Below, piece after piece: positions 26,969 through 37,030 of a stretch of 64,000 nucleotides of DNA; position 1 is the first letter of the stretch, and each line of letters begins with the position of its first letter. Below the pieces are notes generated by a model. The model was not told the DNA's origin and made no database searches. It saw only the letters and a program-made list of their open reading frames with translations. The position numbers were made by a program, and so were the translations under genes. The stretch comes from Fidelibacterota bacterium (GTDB lineage Bacteria; Fidelibacterota; UBA2242): NCBI GenBank assembly GCA_049975265.1, contig JBNGDF010000008.1:47528-111527 (forward strand), written 5' to 3'.

Positions 26969-27799
26969 ATGAAGGTACGATATTTAGCAGACCCGCAACG
27001 TTTTCCCCGCATGACGACAAAGGAGCTGCGGGAGACCTTTCTGGTGGAGAATCTTTTTCAAGCAGGCAAACTGGAAATGCTCTACAGCGACACAGAGCGG
27101 GCAGTAGTGGCGGGTGTCGTTCCCACTGTTGAACCGCTGGAGCTGCCCGGAGGGAAAGAGCTGGCGAGTGATTATTTTGCACAGCGCCGGGAAGCAGGGG
27201 TAATCAATATCGGCGCAACGGGAACGGTGACGGTTGACGGTGAATCATATCATTTGTCAAAGCTCGATTGTCTCTACATCGGTCGCGGTGCGAAGCAGAT
27301 ACACTTTATGAGTGACGACTCGAAAAATCCGGCGGAATTTTACCTGCTCAGTTATCCGGCGCACCGCGATTATCCGACGAAACTGATTCACAAAGCGGAA
27401 GCGAATCAGGTGGCGCTGGGAGGGCTGAAAACATCGAATGAGCGGATTATCTATCAATACATTCGCCCCGGCGTGGCGGAGAGCTGTCAACTGGTGATGG
27501 GTTTGACATTGCTTGCTGAGGGCAGTGTCTGGAATACCTTCCCGCCGCATACCCATGCCCGACGGACTGAGATTTACCTCTATTTTGGTCTCGGTGCGGA
27601 TGAGCGTGTCTTTCACATGATGGGTTTGCCGTCAGAGACACGGCATCTGGTGATGAGAAACAGGGAGGCGGTGCTGTCACCCAGCTGGTCAATTCACGCC
27701 GGCGCCGGTTCCGGCAATTACGGTTTTATCTGGGGCATGGGGGGTGAAAATCAGGAGTTTGACGATATGGATCATGTCAACATTGACGAAATCCGATAG
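26969..27799 (+). CDS. kduI: 5-dehydro-4-deoxy-D-glucuronate isomerase
   Basis: RREAGVINIG, SNERIIYQY, SCQLVMGLT, SVWNTFPPHTH.RR.E.YLYF, ETRHLV, SPSWSIHAG, WGMGGENQEFDDMD. Confidence 0.96.
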   Translation: MKVRYLADPQRFPRMTTKELRETFLVENLFQAGKLEMLYSDTERAVVAGVVPTVEPLELPGGKELASDYFAQRREAGVINIGATGTVTVDGESYHLSKLDCLYIGRGAKQIHFMSDDSKNPAEFYLLSYPAHRDYPTKLIHKAEANQVALGGLKTSNERIIYQYIRPGVAESCQLVMGLTLLAEGSVWNTFPPHTHARRTEIYLYFGLGADERVFHMMGLPSETRHLVMRNREAVLSPSWSIHAGAGSGNYGFIWGMGGENQEFDDMDHVNIDEIR

Positions 27800-27817
27800 C
27801 AGTGGAGACGGGAATTT

Positions 27818-28813
27818 ATGATCATTGAAGAACGTGCCTATGCCCGCGCCGGATTACTGGGTAATCCCTCGGACGGCTATTTCGGGAAGACCATCTCCGT
27901 AATTGTCCGCAATTTCGGGGCGCATATCCAGCTCTGGGAGTCGCCGTCGCTCTGCATCCAGGCAGCCGTCAGTGAAGCGCCGCGGTACCGGAACCTGAAC
28001 GAGCTGTTGGAGCAGACGACCGCCTTAGGCTACTATGGTGGCGAGCGCCTGATCAAGGCGGCGATTGTCACCTTTGCCGAATATTGCCGGGAGCAGGACA
28101 TTGCCCTGGAGAATAAAAATTTCACCCTGCAGTTTCATTCCAGTATCCCGCGGCAGGTAGGACTGGCTGGCTCCAGTGCTATTGTGACGGCGACCATGAA
28201 GGCGCTGCTGCGCTTTTTCAATGTCCGTATTCCGAAAGCCTTTCTGCCGACGCTTATACTGCGGGCGGAGACGGAGCAGCTGGGCATTAATGCCGGGCTG
28301 CAGGACCGGGTGGTTCAGGTCTACGAAGGCTGCGTCTATATGGATTTTAACCGGGAGCAGATGAAAAAAAAACAGCATGGCATCTATCAGAAAATCGATG
28401 TCGAAAAACTGCCCAGGCTGTACATCGCTTACAAGACCCGTCTAAGCAAAGTATCCGGAAAGGTACTGAATATCATCCGACTTAAGTATGAACAGAAAGA
28501 CCCGGCGGTTCTGAGGGCTCTGGATGAGATCGCCGGTCTGGCGGAAGCCGGTCGTGCGGCGCTTGAATCGGGTCGGACGGAGGAGCTCTTTGAGCTGCTG
28601 AACCGGAATTTCGATCTGCGGCGTTCGATTATGCCGATCAATGCATCCAATCTGGAACTGGTGGAGACGGCACGGGCATGTGGTGCTTCGGCAAAATTCG
28701 CCGGTTCCGGCGGATCCATTATTGGAACGTACAGGGATGACGCCATGCTGAACCGGCTGATTTTGGGGCTGAAGCGAATTGATGCGCGGGTCATTAAACC
28801 GTTTATTCTATAG
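27818..28813 (+). CDS. GHMP kinase resembling plant glucuronokinase
   Basis: ARAGLLGNPSDGYFGKTIS, GYYGGERLIKA, IPRQVGLAGSSAI, AGLQDRVVQVYEG, AKFAGSGG. Confidence 0.8.
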   Translation: MIIEERAYARAGLLGNPSDGYFGKTISVIVRNFGAHIQLWESPSLCIQAAVSEAPRYRNLNELLEQTTALGYYGGERLIKAAIVTFAEYCREQDIALENKNFTLQFHSSIPRQVGLAGSSAIVTATMKALLRFFNVRIPKAFLPTLILRAETEQLGINAGLQDRVVQVYEGCVYMDFNREQMKKKQHGIYQKIDVEKLPRLYIAYKTRLSKVSGKVLNIIRLKYEQKDPAVLRALDEIAGLAEAGRAALESGRTEELFELLNRNFDLRRSIMPINASNLELVETARACGASAKFAGSGGSIIGTYRDDAMLNRLILGLKRIDARVIKPFIL

Positions 28814-28825
28814 GAGAAGATAAAC

Positions 28826-29707
28826 ATGGTTCGGAAAGCAGTTATACCGGCGGCGGGATTGGGCACCCGGTTTTTACCGGTCACCAAAGCGCAACCCAAG
28901 GAGATGTTGCCGATCATTGATACACCGACGATCCAGTATGTGGTTCAGGAGGCGATAGATGCCGGCATTGAGGATATTCTGATTATTTCAGGAAAAGGAA
29001 AACGGGCGATTGAGGATCATTTTGATCGCAGCCCGGAGCTGGAATTATTGTTAAATCAGAAGGGCAAGACGGAGCAATTTTACGAGGTCAGTCGTCTGGG
29101 TGAAATGGCGAATATTCACTTCATCCGGCAGAAGGAGCTGAAGGGGCTCGGCGATGCCATCTCCTATGCCCGTCAGCACACCGGTGATGAACCCTTTGTA
29201 GTGATGCTGGGCGACACGATTATCGATTCGGTTATTCCCGTTACCCAGCAGCTGATTGATGTCTACAACCAGTTTTGTCAAAGTGTGATTGCCGTGGAGG
29301 AGGTGGCGCCGGAAAAGGTTGGTCGTTACGGAATTATCGCCGGTAAGGCAATTGACGAGCGCACCTATCAGCTGACCGGCATTGTGGAGAAGCCGAAGCC
29401 CGCCGACAGCCCTTCTAATCTGGCGGTAGCGGGGCGCTACATTCTGACGCCGGAGGTGTATTCGATTCTGGATGACCTGCCACCCGGTGTCAATGATGAG
29501 ATTCAGCTCACCGATGCCTTGCAAATTCTGTTGAAACGGGAGAACATCTACGCTTATCGCTTTGAGGGACGGCGCCATGATATCGGCAACAAGCTGGATT
29601 ATCTGAAAACCACGGTGGAATACGCCTTGAAACGGGCGGAATTCGACGAACCATTTATGGAATTTTTAAAAGCAGTCGTAGCCAGGGAGAAAAATGATGA
29701 ATCCTGA
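28826..29707 (+). CDS. galU: UTP--sugar-1-phosphate uridylyltransferase (GalU family)
   Basis: KAVIPAAGLGTRFLP.TKAQPKEMLP, RQKELKGLGDA, VEKP, AVAGRY, EIQLTDAL, DIGNKLDY. Confidence 0.93.
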   Translation: MVRKAVIPAAGLGTRFLPVTKAQPKEMLPIIDTPTIQYVVQEAIDAGIEDILIISGKGKRAIEDHFDRSPELELLLNQKGKTEQFYEVSRLGEMANIHFIRQKELKGLGDAISYARQHTGDEPFVVMLGDTIIDSVIPVTQQLIDVYNQFCQSVIAVEEVAPEKVGRYGIIAGKAIDERTYQLTGIVEKPKPADSPSNLAVAGRYILTPEVYSILDDLPPGVNDEIQLTDALQILLKRENIYAYRFEGRRHDIGNKLDYLKTTVEYALKRAEFDEPFMEFLKAVVAREKNDES

Positions 29708-31097
29708 TCGTTTTTTTGATGCCGATGAAAATGTTCGCAAAATTGCACGTGAGTTGTATGCCGAGGTGAGAGACCTGCCGCTGATCAGCCCGCACGGTCA
29801 TGTGGACCCGAAACTGTTTGCCGGGAATCAACCCTTTCCGGACCCGGCAGAGCTCTTTATTATCCCCGATCATTATATCTTCCGAATGCTCTATTCGCAA
29901 GGTATTGCGCTGGAGTCACTGGGGATTCCGCGACGGGATGGATCGGTGGACGAGACCGACCGGCGCAAGGTCTGGCGGATTTTTGCGGAAAATTATTATC
30001 TCTTTGCCGGAACCCCCAGCGGCATCTGGCTGAATCATGAACTGCGTGAGCTGTTTGGTATTCAGGAAAAGCTCAACGGTACGAATGCCGATGACATATT
30101 CGATCGGATTCAGGCGAAATTAGCGACGCCGGAGTATCTGCCCCGGGCGCTGTACGACCGCTTCAATCTGGAGGTGCTGACTACCACGGACAATCCCTGG
30201 GATTCGCTGAGTTATCACCGGCAGATCAAAGATTCCGATTGGGACGGAGAAATCGTACCCTGTTTCCGACCGGACGGCGTGACCGATATCAGTCGGGAGG
30301 ACTGGCAGGCTAATATCGAGAAACTATCCAAAGCCAGCGGAATCTGGATTACCAGTTACCGGCAGCTGATCCGGGCGCTGGAGGATCGGCGCGCCTTTTT
30401 CAAGTCTATGGGGGCGGTCTCCACGGATCACGGTGTTAAGGAGGCACTGACGCTGCGCCTTTCCGATGAAGAAGCCGACCGCATTTTTCAGAAGGCGCTG
30501 AAGGGAAATGTTTCTGTCGACGATGCGCGGATCTTTACAGCGCATATGCTGATGGAGATGGCGCGGATGAGCTGCGATGACGGATTGATCATGCATCTGC
30601 ATGCCGGGGCATTGCGCAATCACAACGAACGGATTTTTAAGAAATTCGGTCCCGATAAGGGCGCCGACATACCGATCGCTTCGGAATTTACGGTGAATCT
30701 GAAACCGTTACTGAATGCTTACGGCAGTGAACGTAATTTTCACCTGATTCTCTTTACTCTTGATGAATCCACCTATTCCCGGGAACTGGCGCCGCTGGCG
30801 GGGCATTATCCGGCGCTGCGACTGGGTCCAGCCTGGTGGTTTCACGACAGCGTTCAGGGGATGATTCGATTTCGGGAACGGACACTGGAGACCGCCGGCG
30901 TCTACAATATGATCGGATTTATTGATGATACCCGGGCGTTTCCCTCCATTCCTGCCCGTCACGATCTGGCGCGCCGTATCGACAGTAACTATCTGGCGGG
31001 TCTGGTGGCGAAGCATATTATCGATATGGCGGATGCCCAAAAAATGAATTATGCCCTGGCATACGGACTCTCCAGGGAAATGTATCGTAAACAATGA
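29694..31097 (+). CDS. uxaC: Uronate isomerase
   Basis: PLISPHGHVDP, PDHYIFRMLYSQG, FRPD, GPDKGADIP, GPAWWFHDS, GFIDDTRAFPSIPARHD. Confidence 0.95.
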   Translation: MMNPDRFFDADENVRKIARELYAEVRDLPLISPHGHVDPKLFAGNQPFPDPAELFIIPDHYIFRMLYSQGIALESLGIPRRDGSVDETDRRKVWRIFAENYYLFAGTPSGIWLNHELRELFGIQEKLNGTNADDIFDRIQAKLATPEYLPRALYDRFNLEVLTTTDNPWDSLSYHRQIKDSDWDGEIVPCFRPDGVTDISREDWQANIEKLSKASGIWITSYRQLIRALEDRRAFFKSMGAVSTDHGVKEALTLRLSDEEADRIFQKALKGNVSVDDARIFTAHMLMEMARMSCDDGLIMHLHAGALRNHNERIFKKFGPDKGADIPIASEFTVNLKPLLNAYGSERNFHLILFTLDESTYSRELAPLAGHYPALRLGPAWWFHDSVQGMIRFRERTLETAGVYNMIGFIDDTRAFPSIPARHDLARRIDSNYLAGLVAKHIIDMADAQKMNYALAYGLSREMYRKQ

Positions 31098-31125
31098 ACC
31101 AGAGCGACGATGGAATGAGTAATCT

Positions 31126-32124
31126 ATGAAAAAGTATTTTTTACCTGGCTTTGTTCTTGGGTTGATGCTGATCCTGCTGCCTGCCTGCAGCCGGGACAGC
31201 CGCACAAAGGTAATCAAACTCGGACATGCGCTGAATGCCGATCATCCGGTCCATAAGGCAATGGTCTTCATGGCTGACCGGGTAAAAGAGAAATCCGACG
31301 GTCGGTTGCGCATTGATATCTATCCCAGTCAGCAATTGGGTACCGAGCGGGAGCTGGTGGAGCTGTTGCAAATCGGCAGCCTGGGAATTACCAAGGTCTC
31401 GTCGGGTGTTATTGAGGGCTTTGTGCCGGTTCACAAAGTATTCGGTTTGCCCTATCTGTTTCGGGATGAAGAGCACCGCTTTTGCGTGCTGGAGGGTGAA
31501 GTCGGAAAGCAGATTTTACTGAGCAGTGAGCAGTACTGGCTGCGGGGGCTCTGCTATTATGACGCCGGCAGCCGCAGTTTTTATTCCAAAGACAAACCGA
31601 TATTAACACCTGCTGATTTAGCCGGTTTGAAGGTGCGTACCATGAACAGCCCCACGGCGGTGGCGATGATCCAGCAGATGGGCGGCTCGGCGACACCGAT
31701 CGCCTGGGGCGAGCTGTACACGGCATTGCAGCAGGGGGTCGTGGATGCAGCGGAGAACAATCCCCCTTCCTATCACCTGTCGCGGCATTACGAAGTATGC
31801 AAACATTACTCTCTGGATGAACATACCTCCGTACCGGATGTGCTGCTGATCAGTACAATTATCTGGAACGACCTGACGCCGCAGGAGCAGCAGTGGCTGC
31901 AGGAGGCGGCGGATGAATCGGCACAGTATCAGAAGCAGCTCTGGAAGGAGGCTTGTGAATTTGCCCTTCAGGAGGTTCAGAAAAGTGGGGTAAAAGTCTA
32001 CTATCCCGACAAGAGAGCATTTGCCGAAAAGGTAGCGCCTATTTATGAACGTTACCGTGATCAGCCGGAGCTCTATGAATTAATTCAAAAAATAAGGACG
32101 GAGAGTGATGGGAAACCGAATTAA
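31126..32124 (+). CDS. dctP: TRAP transporter substrate-binding protein (probably uronate); lipoprotein
   Basis: LPAC lipobox, YPSQQLGTERE, YYDAGSRSFY, GLKVR, GELYTALQQGVVDAAENN, SLDEH. Confidence 0.93.
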   Translation: MKKYFLPGFVLGLMLILLPACSRDSRTKVIKLGHALNADHPVHKAMVFMADRVKEKSDGRLRIDIYPSQQLGTERELVELLQIGSLGITKVSSGVIEGFVPVHKVFGLPYLFRDEEHRFCVLEGEVGKQILLSSEQYWLRGLCYYDAGSRSFYSKDKPILTPADLAGLKVRTMNSPTAVAMIQQMGGSATPIAWGELYTALQQGVVDAAENNPPSYHLSRHYEVCKHYSLDEHTSVPDVLLISTIIWNDLTPQEQQWLQEAADESAQYQKQLWKEACEFALQEVQKSGVKVYYPDKRAFAEKVAPIYERYRDQPELYELIQKIRTESDGKPN

Positions 32125-32626
32125 AATATTTGTTGACCGCTGGTTAAGCCGGATTTTGATCGGTTTGATGGCGTTCAGCGTGTTGAATGTCCTCTGGCAG
32201 GTGTTGACGCGGTTTATCCTGAAGCATCCCAGCTCCTATACGGAAGAGCTGGCGCGGTTTTTACTGATCTGGGTCGGTATGCTTGGCGCCGCTTGGGCGT
32301 CCGGTCAGAAAATGCACCTGGCGATTGATTATTTTACCCTGAAGATGAAACCCGATCTGCAAAGGTTTGTTGGGCTTTTTATTCAGGTTGTGGTATTTCT
32401 GTTTGCTTTATTTGTAATGGTAATCGGCGGGCTGCGCCTAGTGACCATTACGCTCGCTCTCAATCAGACCTCGGCGGCACTGCAGATCAAACTGGGATAT
32501 GTCTATGCGGTCGTACCGATCAGCGGGGTACTCATCATGTTTTACGCCGTGATGCTCTTCAGCGACTATTTGCGCGGCGGTGTCCAGGCTATAGCAGGAG
32601 CGGAGGGTAATGATGGCAGCAATTGA
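32108..32626 (+). CDS. dctQ: TRAP transporter small permease
   Basis: Four TM helices; TEELARFLLIW...HLAID. Confidence 0.92.
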   Translation: MGNRIKIFVDRWLSRILIGLMAFSVLNVLWQVLTRFILKHPSSYTEELARFLLIWVGMLGAAWASGQKMHLAIDYFTLKMKPDLQRFVGLFIQVVVFLFALFVMVIGGLRLVTITLALNQTSAALQIKLGYVYAVVPISGVLIMFYAVMLFSDYLRGGVQAIAGAEGNDGSN

Positions 32627-33911
32627 CATTTTGGTACTGGCGGGTGTATTTGTTTTTCTCCTTGTTATCGGCACACCAATTTCCTTCAGCATCGGTGTCG
32701 CCACGATCTGCACCATGCTGCTGAGCATTCATTCGCTGCCGGCGCTGACCACGGTGGCTCAGCGCATGGCGACGGGACTGGACAGTTTTGCGCTGCTGGC
32801 GATTCCCTTCTTTGTCCTGTCGGGGCAATTGATGAATCACGGGGGCATTGCCCGGCGTCTGATCAATTTTGCCAAGGTCCTGGTGGGGCGTCTGCCGGGA
32901 GGTCTGGCTTTTGTGAACATCATTGCGGCGATGTTTTTCGGAGCAATTTCCGGTTCGGCGGCGGCAGCGGCGGCGGCGATCGGCGGTTTTATGGTTCCGA
33001 TGATGAAAAAAGAGGGCTATGATGAAAATTTCAGTGCGGCGGTGAATATCACCAGCTCTACCACGGGGCTGATCATTCCTCCCAGTAATATCCTGATCGT
33101 TTACTCACTGGCAAGCGGCGGTGTATCCATTGCGGCTCTCTTCGTTGCGGGGTATCTGCCCGGAATATTGGTGGGGCTGACGCTGATGGTAGTAGCCGGG
33201 TTGATTTCCAAAAAACGCAATTACCCGACGGTGCCCAGGATCGGATTGCTGCAGGCGGTGAAATATTTTCTCGCTGCAATTCCGAGTCTGCTGTTGATTG
33301 TGATTGTCATCGGCGGAATTATCGCCGGATTCTTTACAGCCACCGAGGCCTCGGCGATTGCCGTGCTTTATACCTTTGTGCTGTCGGTCCTGATTTATAA
33401 GGAGGTGAAGTGGAAACAGATACCGTCAATTTTGCTCTCTACGGTGGGGACGACGGCGATTGTGATGTTGCTGATCGGTACCTCCATGAGCATGTCCTGG
33501 ATTATGTCTTACGAAAATATTCCCCAGAATATCAGCGCGGCGCTGATTGCATTGACCGACAGTAAAATTATTATTTTATTGATTATCAATTTGATTCTTC
33601 TGCTGGTGGGAACCTTTATGGATATGACGCCGGCGGTGCTGATTTTTACGCCGATATTCCTGCCGGTGGTTACACAGCTGGGCATTCATCCGATCCATTT
33701 CGGCATTATGATGGTGCTGAATCTCTGTGTGGGGCTCTGTACCCCGCCGGTGGGATCGGTGCTGTTTATCGGCTGCGGGATTGCCAATTGCCGGATCGAC
33801 AAGGTGATTCGACCGCTTCTGCCGCTCTTTCTGGCGATGTTTATTGCGCTGATGTTGATCACCTATATACCGGAGATCACGATGCTGATACCGCGGGCGT
33901 TGGGATATTAA
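32610..33911 (+). CDS. dctM: TRAP transporter large permease
   Basis: LLAIPFFVLSG, GLIIPPSN, FTATEAS, PIHFGI, GLCTPPVG. Confidence 0.94.
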   Translation: MMAAIDILVLAGVFVFLLVIGTPISFSIGVATICTMLLSIHSLPALTTVAQRMATGLDSFALLAIPFFVLSGQLMNHGGIARRLINFAKVLVGRLPGGLAFVNIIAAMFFGAISGSAAAAAAAIGGFMVPMMKKEGYDENFSAAVNITSSTTGLIIPPSNILIVYSLASGGVSIAALFVAGYLPGILVGLTLMVVAGLISKKRNYPTVPRIGLLQAVKYFLAAIPSLLLIVIVIGGIIAGFFTATEASAIAVLYTFVLSVLIYKEVKWKQIPSILLSTVGTTAIVMLLIGTSMSMSWIMSYENIPQNISAALIALTDSKIIILLIINLILLLVGTFMDMTPAVLIFTPIFLPVVTQLGIHPIHFGIMMVLNLCVGLCTPPVGSVLFIGCGIANCRIDKVIRPLLPLFLAMFIALMLITYIPEITMLIPRALGY

Positions 33912-33946
33912 TATGAGTTAAAAATCAAATTAAACGAGGAGTTGGA

Positions 33947-34765
33947 ATGAGTCAGAAAATTACTGAAAGATATAATTTTCAAAATAAATGTGCCGTCGTC
34001 ACCGGCGGTGCGGGGGTGCTGGGCTCCGGTTTTACAAAGGCGCTGCTGGATTGCGGCGCCAATGTGGCGATTCTGGATTTGAATGCGGATAAAAGCGACG
34101 GCTATGGCGAATACGGTGATCGCTTTTTGCCGCTCAAAACCAACGTTCTAGAGAAGGACTCGGTCCAGGCGGCGGTCAATGATGTAGTGAAGCATTTTGG
34201 AGCGGTGGATTTGCTGGTTAATGCGGCGGGCGGCAATCATCCCGATGCCAGCAGCAGCGCTGAGGTTCCTTTTTTTGATCTGCCTGCCGAGGCGTTAAAG
34301 TTCGTGACCGATCTGAACCTGCTGGGTACGATTTTGCCGAGCCAGGTGGTAGGGAAACTCATGGCAGAGCATCAGCAGGGAGTAATTCTGAACGTTTCTT
34401 CCATGAGCGCTTTTCGTCCATTGACCCGGGTGGTCGGCTATTCGGCGGCGAAAGCGGCGGTGAGCAATTTTACCCAGTGGCTGGCGGTCTATATGGCGCA
34501 GGAGTACTCGCCGAATATCCGGGTGAATGCCCTTGCCCCGGGCTTTTTCCTGACTAAACAGAATGAGTTTTTGCTGGTTGATAAAGAGACCGGGAAATTG
34601 ACCGGGCGGGGTCAAAAGATCATTGATCATACACCGATGAGGCGATTCGGGAATCCGGAGGACCTGCTGGGGGCGCTGCTCTGGCTGTTGTCTGAGGATT
34701 CGCAGTTCGTGACCGGAATCGTGCTGCCGATTGACGGCGGTTTTTCCGCATATTGTGGTGTTTAA
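33947..34765 (+). CDS. uxuB: SDR-family D-mannonate oxidoreductase (fructuronate reductase)
   Basis: TGGAGVLG, VNAAGGNHP, SSMSAFRPLTRVVGYSAAKAAVSNFTQWLA, RVNALAPGFFLT.QN, HTPMRRFG; uronate operon context. Confidence 0.8.
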   Translation: MSQKITERYNFQNKCAVVTGGAGVLGSGFTKALLDCGANVAILDLNADKSDGYGEYGDRFLPLKTNVLEKDSVQAAVNDVVKHFGAVDLLVNAAGGNHPDASSSAEVPFFDLPAEALKFVTDLNLLGTILPSQVVGKLMAEHQQGVILNVSSMSAFRPLTRVVGYSAAKAAVSNFTQWLAVYMAQEYSPNIRVNALAPGFFLTKQNEFLLVDKETGKLTGRGQKIIDHTPMRRFGNPEDLLGALLWLLSEDSQFVTGIVLPIDGGFSAYCGV

Positions 34766-34779
34766 CGGAGTAAAGGAGG

Positions 34780-36243
34780 ATGGATACCGTGAAGCAGTGT
34801 CATATTGGTTTAATCGGACTGGCGGTCATGGGTGAAAACCTGGTGCTCAATATGGAGCGTAACGGCTTTTCCGTAGCGGTTTTCAACCGGACCGTGAGCA
34901 AAGTCGATAGATTTTTGGCAGACCGGGCGAAAGGCAGGAATATCGTCGGGTGCCACAGCATTGAGGAGCTGGTGGCGAATCTCGAACGTCCCCGGGAAAT
35001 TATGCTGCTGGTGAAAGCCGGCAAACCGGTGGATGATTTTATTGAAAAGTTGCTGCCGCACCTGGAAAAAGGCGACATCATTATCGACGGCGGCAACAGT
35101 TACTTCTCCGATACGATTCGGCGAACAAAATATGTAGAGAGCAAGGGCTTGCTGTACATCGGGACCGGTGTTTCCGGTGGTGAAGAGGGTGCCTTAAACG
35201 GACCTTCCATTATGCCGGGCGGGTCGCCGGCTGCCTGGTCGCATGTGAAGCCGATTTTCCAGAAAATCGCGGCGAAAGTAGCCGACGGATCACCCTGCTG
35301 CGAATGGGTCGGCGACAATGGCGCCGGGCATTTTGTGAAAATGGTGCATAACGGGATTGAATATGGTGATATGCAAATGATCAGCGAATCTTACTGGATC
35401 ATGAAAAATGCCCTCGGTTTGACCTATGATGAGATGCAGGCGATTTTCGAAAAGTGGAACCAGGGAGAACTGAACAGTTACCTGATTGAGATCACAGCTG
35501 CGATCATGGGCAAAAAGGACCCGGAGACTGGTAAACCGATGCTGGAAGTCATTATGGATCGAGCCGGTCAGAAGGGCACCGGACGCTGGACCAGCCTGGA
35601 GGCGTTGAATCTGGGCGTACCGGCTCCGACGGTGGTGGAGGCGGTGCTGGCGCGGGCGATGAGCGCCATAAAGGAAGAGCGCGTTGCCGCGGCTCAGGTA
35701 TTGAGCGGACCACGGATGAAATTTAGTGCTGAAAAGAACGCATTTATCGAGAAGATTCGGCGGGCGCTGTATGCCTCGAAAATCTGCTCCTATGCGCAGG
35801 GATATCAGCTGATGAGAGCGGCGGCTGAGGAGTACAAATGGGACCTGAAGTATGGTGAAATCGCTCTGATGTGGCGGGGCGGCTGCATTATCCGGGCGCA
35901 GTTTCTGGGGCGCATCAAGGAGGCTTATGATAAGAATCCTGGCTTGCAGAATCTGTTGCTGGATGATTATTTCAAAGCCGCCATCGATGAAAACCAGGCT
36001 GCCTGGCGGGAGGTCATTGCCCAGGCGGTAGCGCTGGGTATTCCGGTACCGGCGTTCAGCAGTGCGCTGGCGTATTATGACGGTTACCGCAGCGAACGAC
36101 TTCCGGCAAATCTCCTGCAGGCACAGCGCGACTATTTTGGTGCTCATACGTATGAGCGGGTGGACAAGCCGCGGGGTGAATTTTTTCACACCGACTGGAC
36201 CGGTCACGGCGGCAAGACCGCATCGACAACCTATAACGTGTAA
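34780..36243 (+). CDS. gnd: 6-phosphogluconate dehydrogenase, NADP-dependent, decarboxylating
   Basis: [75 protein letters not shown]. Confidence 0.97.
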   Translation: MDTVKQCHIGLIGLAVMGENLVLNMERNGFSVAVFNRTVSKVDRFLADRAKGRNIVGCHSIEELVANLERPREIMLLVKAGKPVDDFIEKLLPHLEKGDIIIDGGNSYFSDTIRRTKYVESKGLLYIGTGVSGGEEGALNGPSIMPGGSPAAWSHVKPIFQKIAAKVADGSPCCEWVGDNGAGHFVKMVHNGIEYGDMQMISESYWIMKNALGLTYDEMQAIFEKWNQGELNSYLIEITAAIMGKKDPETGKPMLEVIMDRAGQKGTGRWTSLEALNLGVPAPTVVEAVLARAMSAIKEERVAAAQVLSGPRMKFSAEKNAFIEKIRRALYASKICSYAQGYQLMRAAAEEYKWDLKYGEIALMWRGGCIIRAQFLGRIKEAYDKNPGLQNLLLDDYFKAAIDENQAAWREVIAQAVALGIPVPAFSSALAYYDGYRSERLPANLLQAQRDYFGAHTYERVDKPRGEFFHTDWTGHGGKTASTTYNV

Positions 36244-36259
36244 CACTACAGGAGGAATA

Positions 36260-37027
36260 ATGTCCGGAATACTGGATAAATTTCGGCTGGACGGTAAGGT
36301 GGCGATCGTCACCGGCGCCAGCCGCGGACTGGGGCAGGGAATCGCCATCGGTCTGGCGGAGGCGGGCGCCGATCTTGCGCTGGTGGATATCCTGGAAATG
36401 GAAAATACAAAAAAAGCCATCGAAGAAACCGGCAGAGACGCCGTTTCAATTCACGCCGATCTGTCTTCCATTGACAGTGTAAAATCCATCGTGGAAAAAA
36501 CGGTGGCGGAATTTGGGAAAATTGATATTCTGGTGAACAATGCTGGCATCATCCGACGGGCGCCGCTGGTGGAGTTTACCGAAAAGGATTGGGATGATGT
36601 CATTAACATTAATCAGAAAACCCTGTTTTTCCTGAGTCAGGCGGTGGCAAGGGTGATGATTGCAAAGGGCAACGGCGGGAAAATCATCAATACCGCCTCG
36701 ATGCTCTCCTTTCAGGGCGGCATTCGGGTCCCCTCTTATACCGCTTCAAAAAGCGCCGTCATGGGATTGACCCGCCTGATGGCGAACGAGCTGGCGCCCT
36801 ACGGAATCAATGTGAATGCCATTGCCCCCGGCTATATGGCGACGGACAATACGGCGCCGCTACGTGCCGATGCGACGCGCAGCCGGGAAATTCTCAGTCG
36901 TATTCCGGCGGGACGCTGGGGTACCCCGGAAGACCTGCAGGGTGTGGCGGTTTTTCTGGCGTCAGCCGCTTCGGACTACATGCAGGGCTATACCGTGGCG
37001 GTTGACGGAGGCTGGTTGGCGAGGTAG
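36260..37027 (+). CDS. kduD: 2-dehydro-3-deoxy-D-gluconate 5-dehydrogenase
   Basis: GGAGG RBS before ATG 36260; TGASRGLGQG, NNAGIIRR, ASMLSFQGGIRVPSYTASK, NAIAPGYMATDNT, VDGGWLAR. Confidence 0.95.
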   Translation: MSGILDKFRLDGKVAIVTGASRGLGQGIAIGLAEAGADLALVDILEMENTKKAIEETGRDAVSIHADLSSIDSVKSIVEKTVAEFGKIDILVNNAGIIRRAPLVEFTEKDWDDVININQKTLFFLSQAVARVMIAKGNGGKIINTASMLSFQGGIRVPSYTASKSAVMGLTRLMANELAPYGINVNAIAPGYMATDNTAPLRADATRSREILSRIPAGRWGTPEDLQGVAVFLASAASDYMQGYTVAVDGGWLAR

Positions 37028-37030
37028 GAG

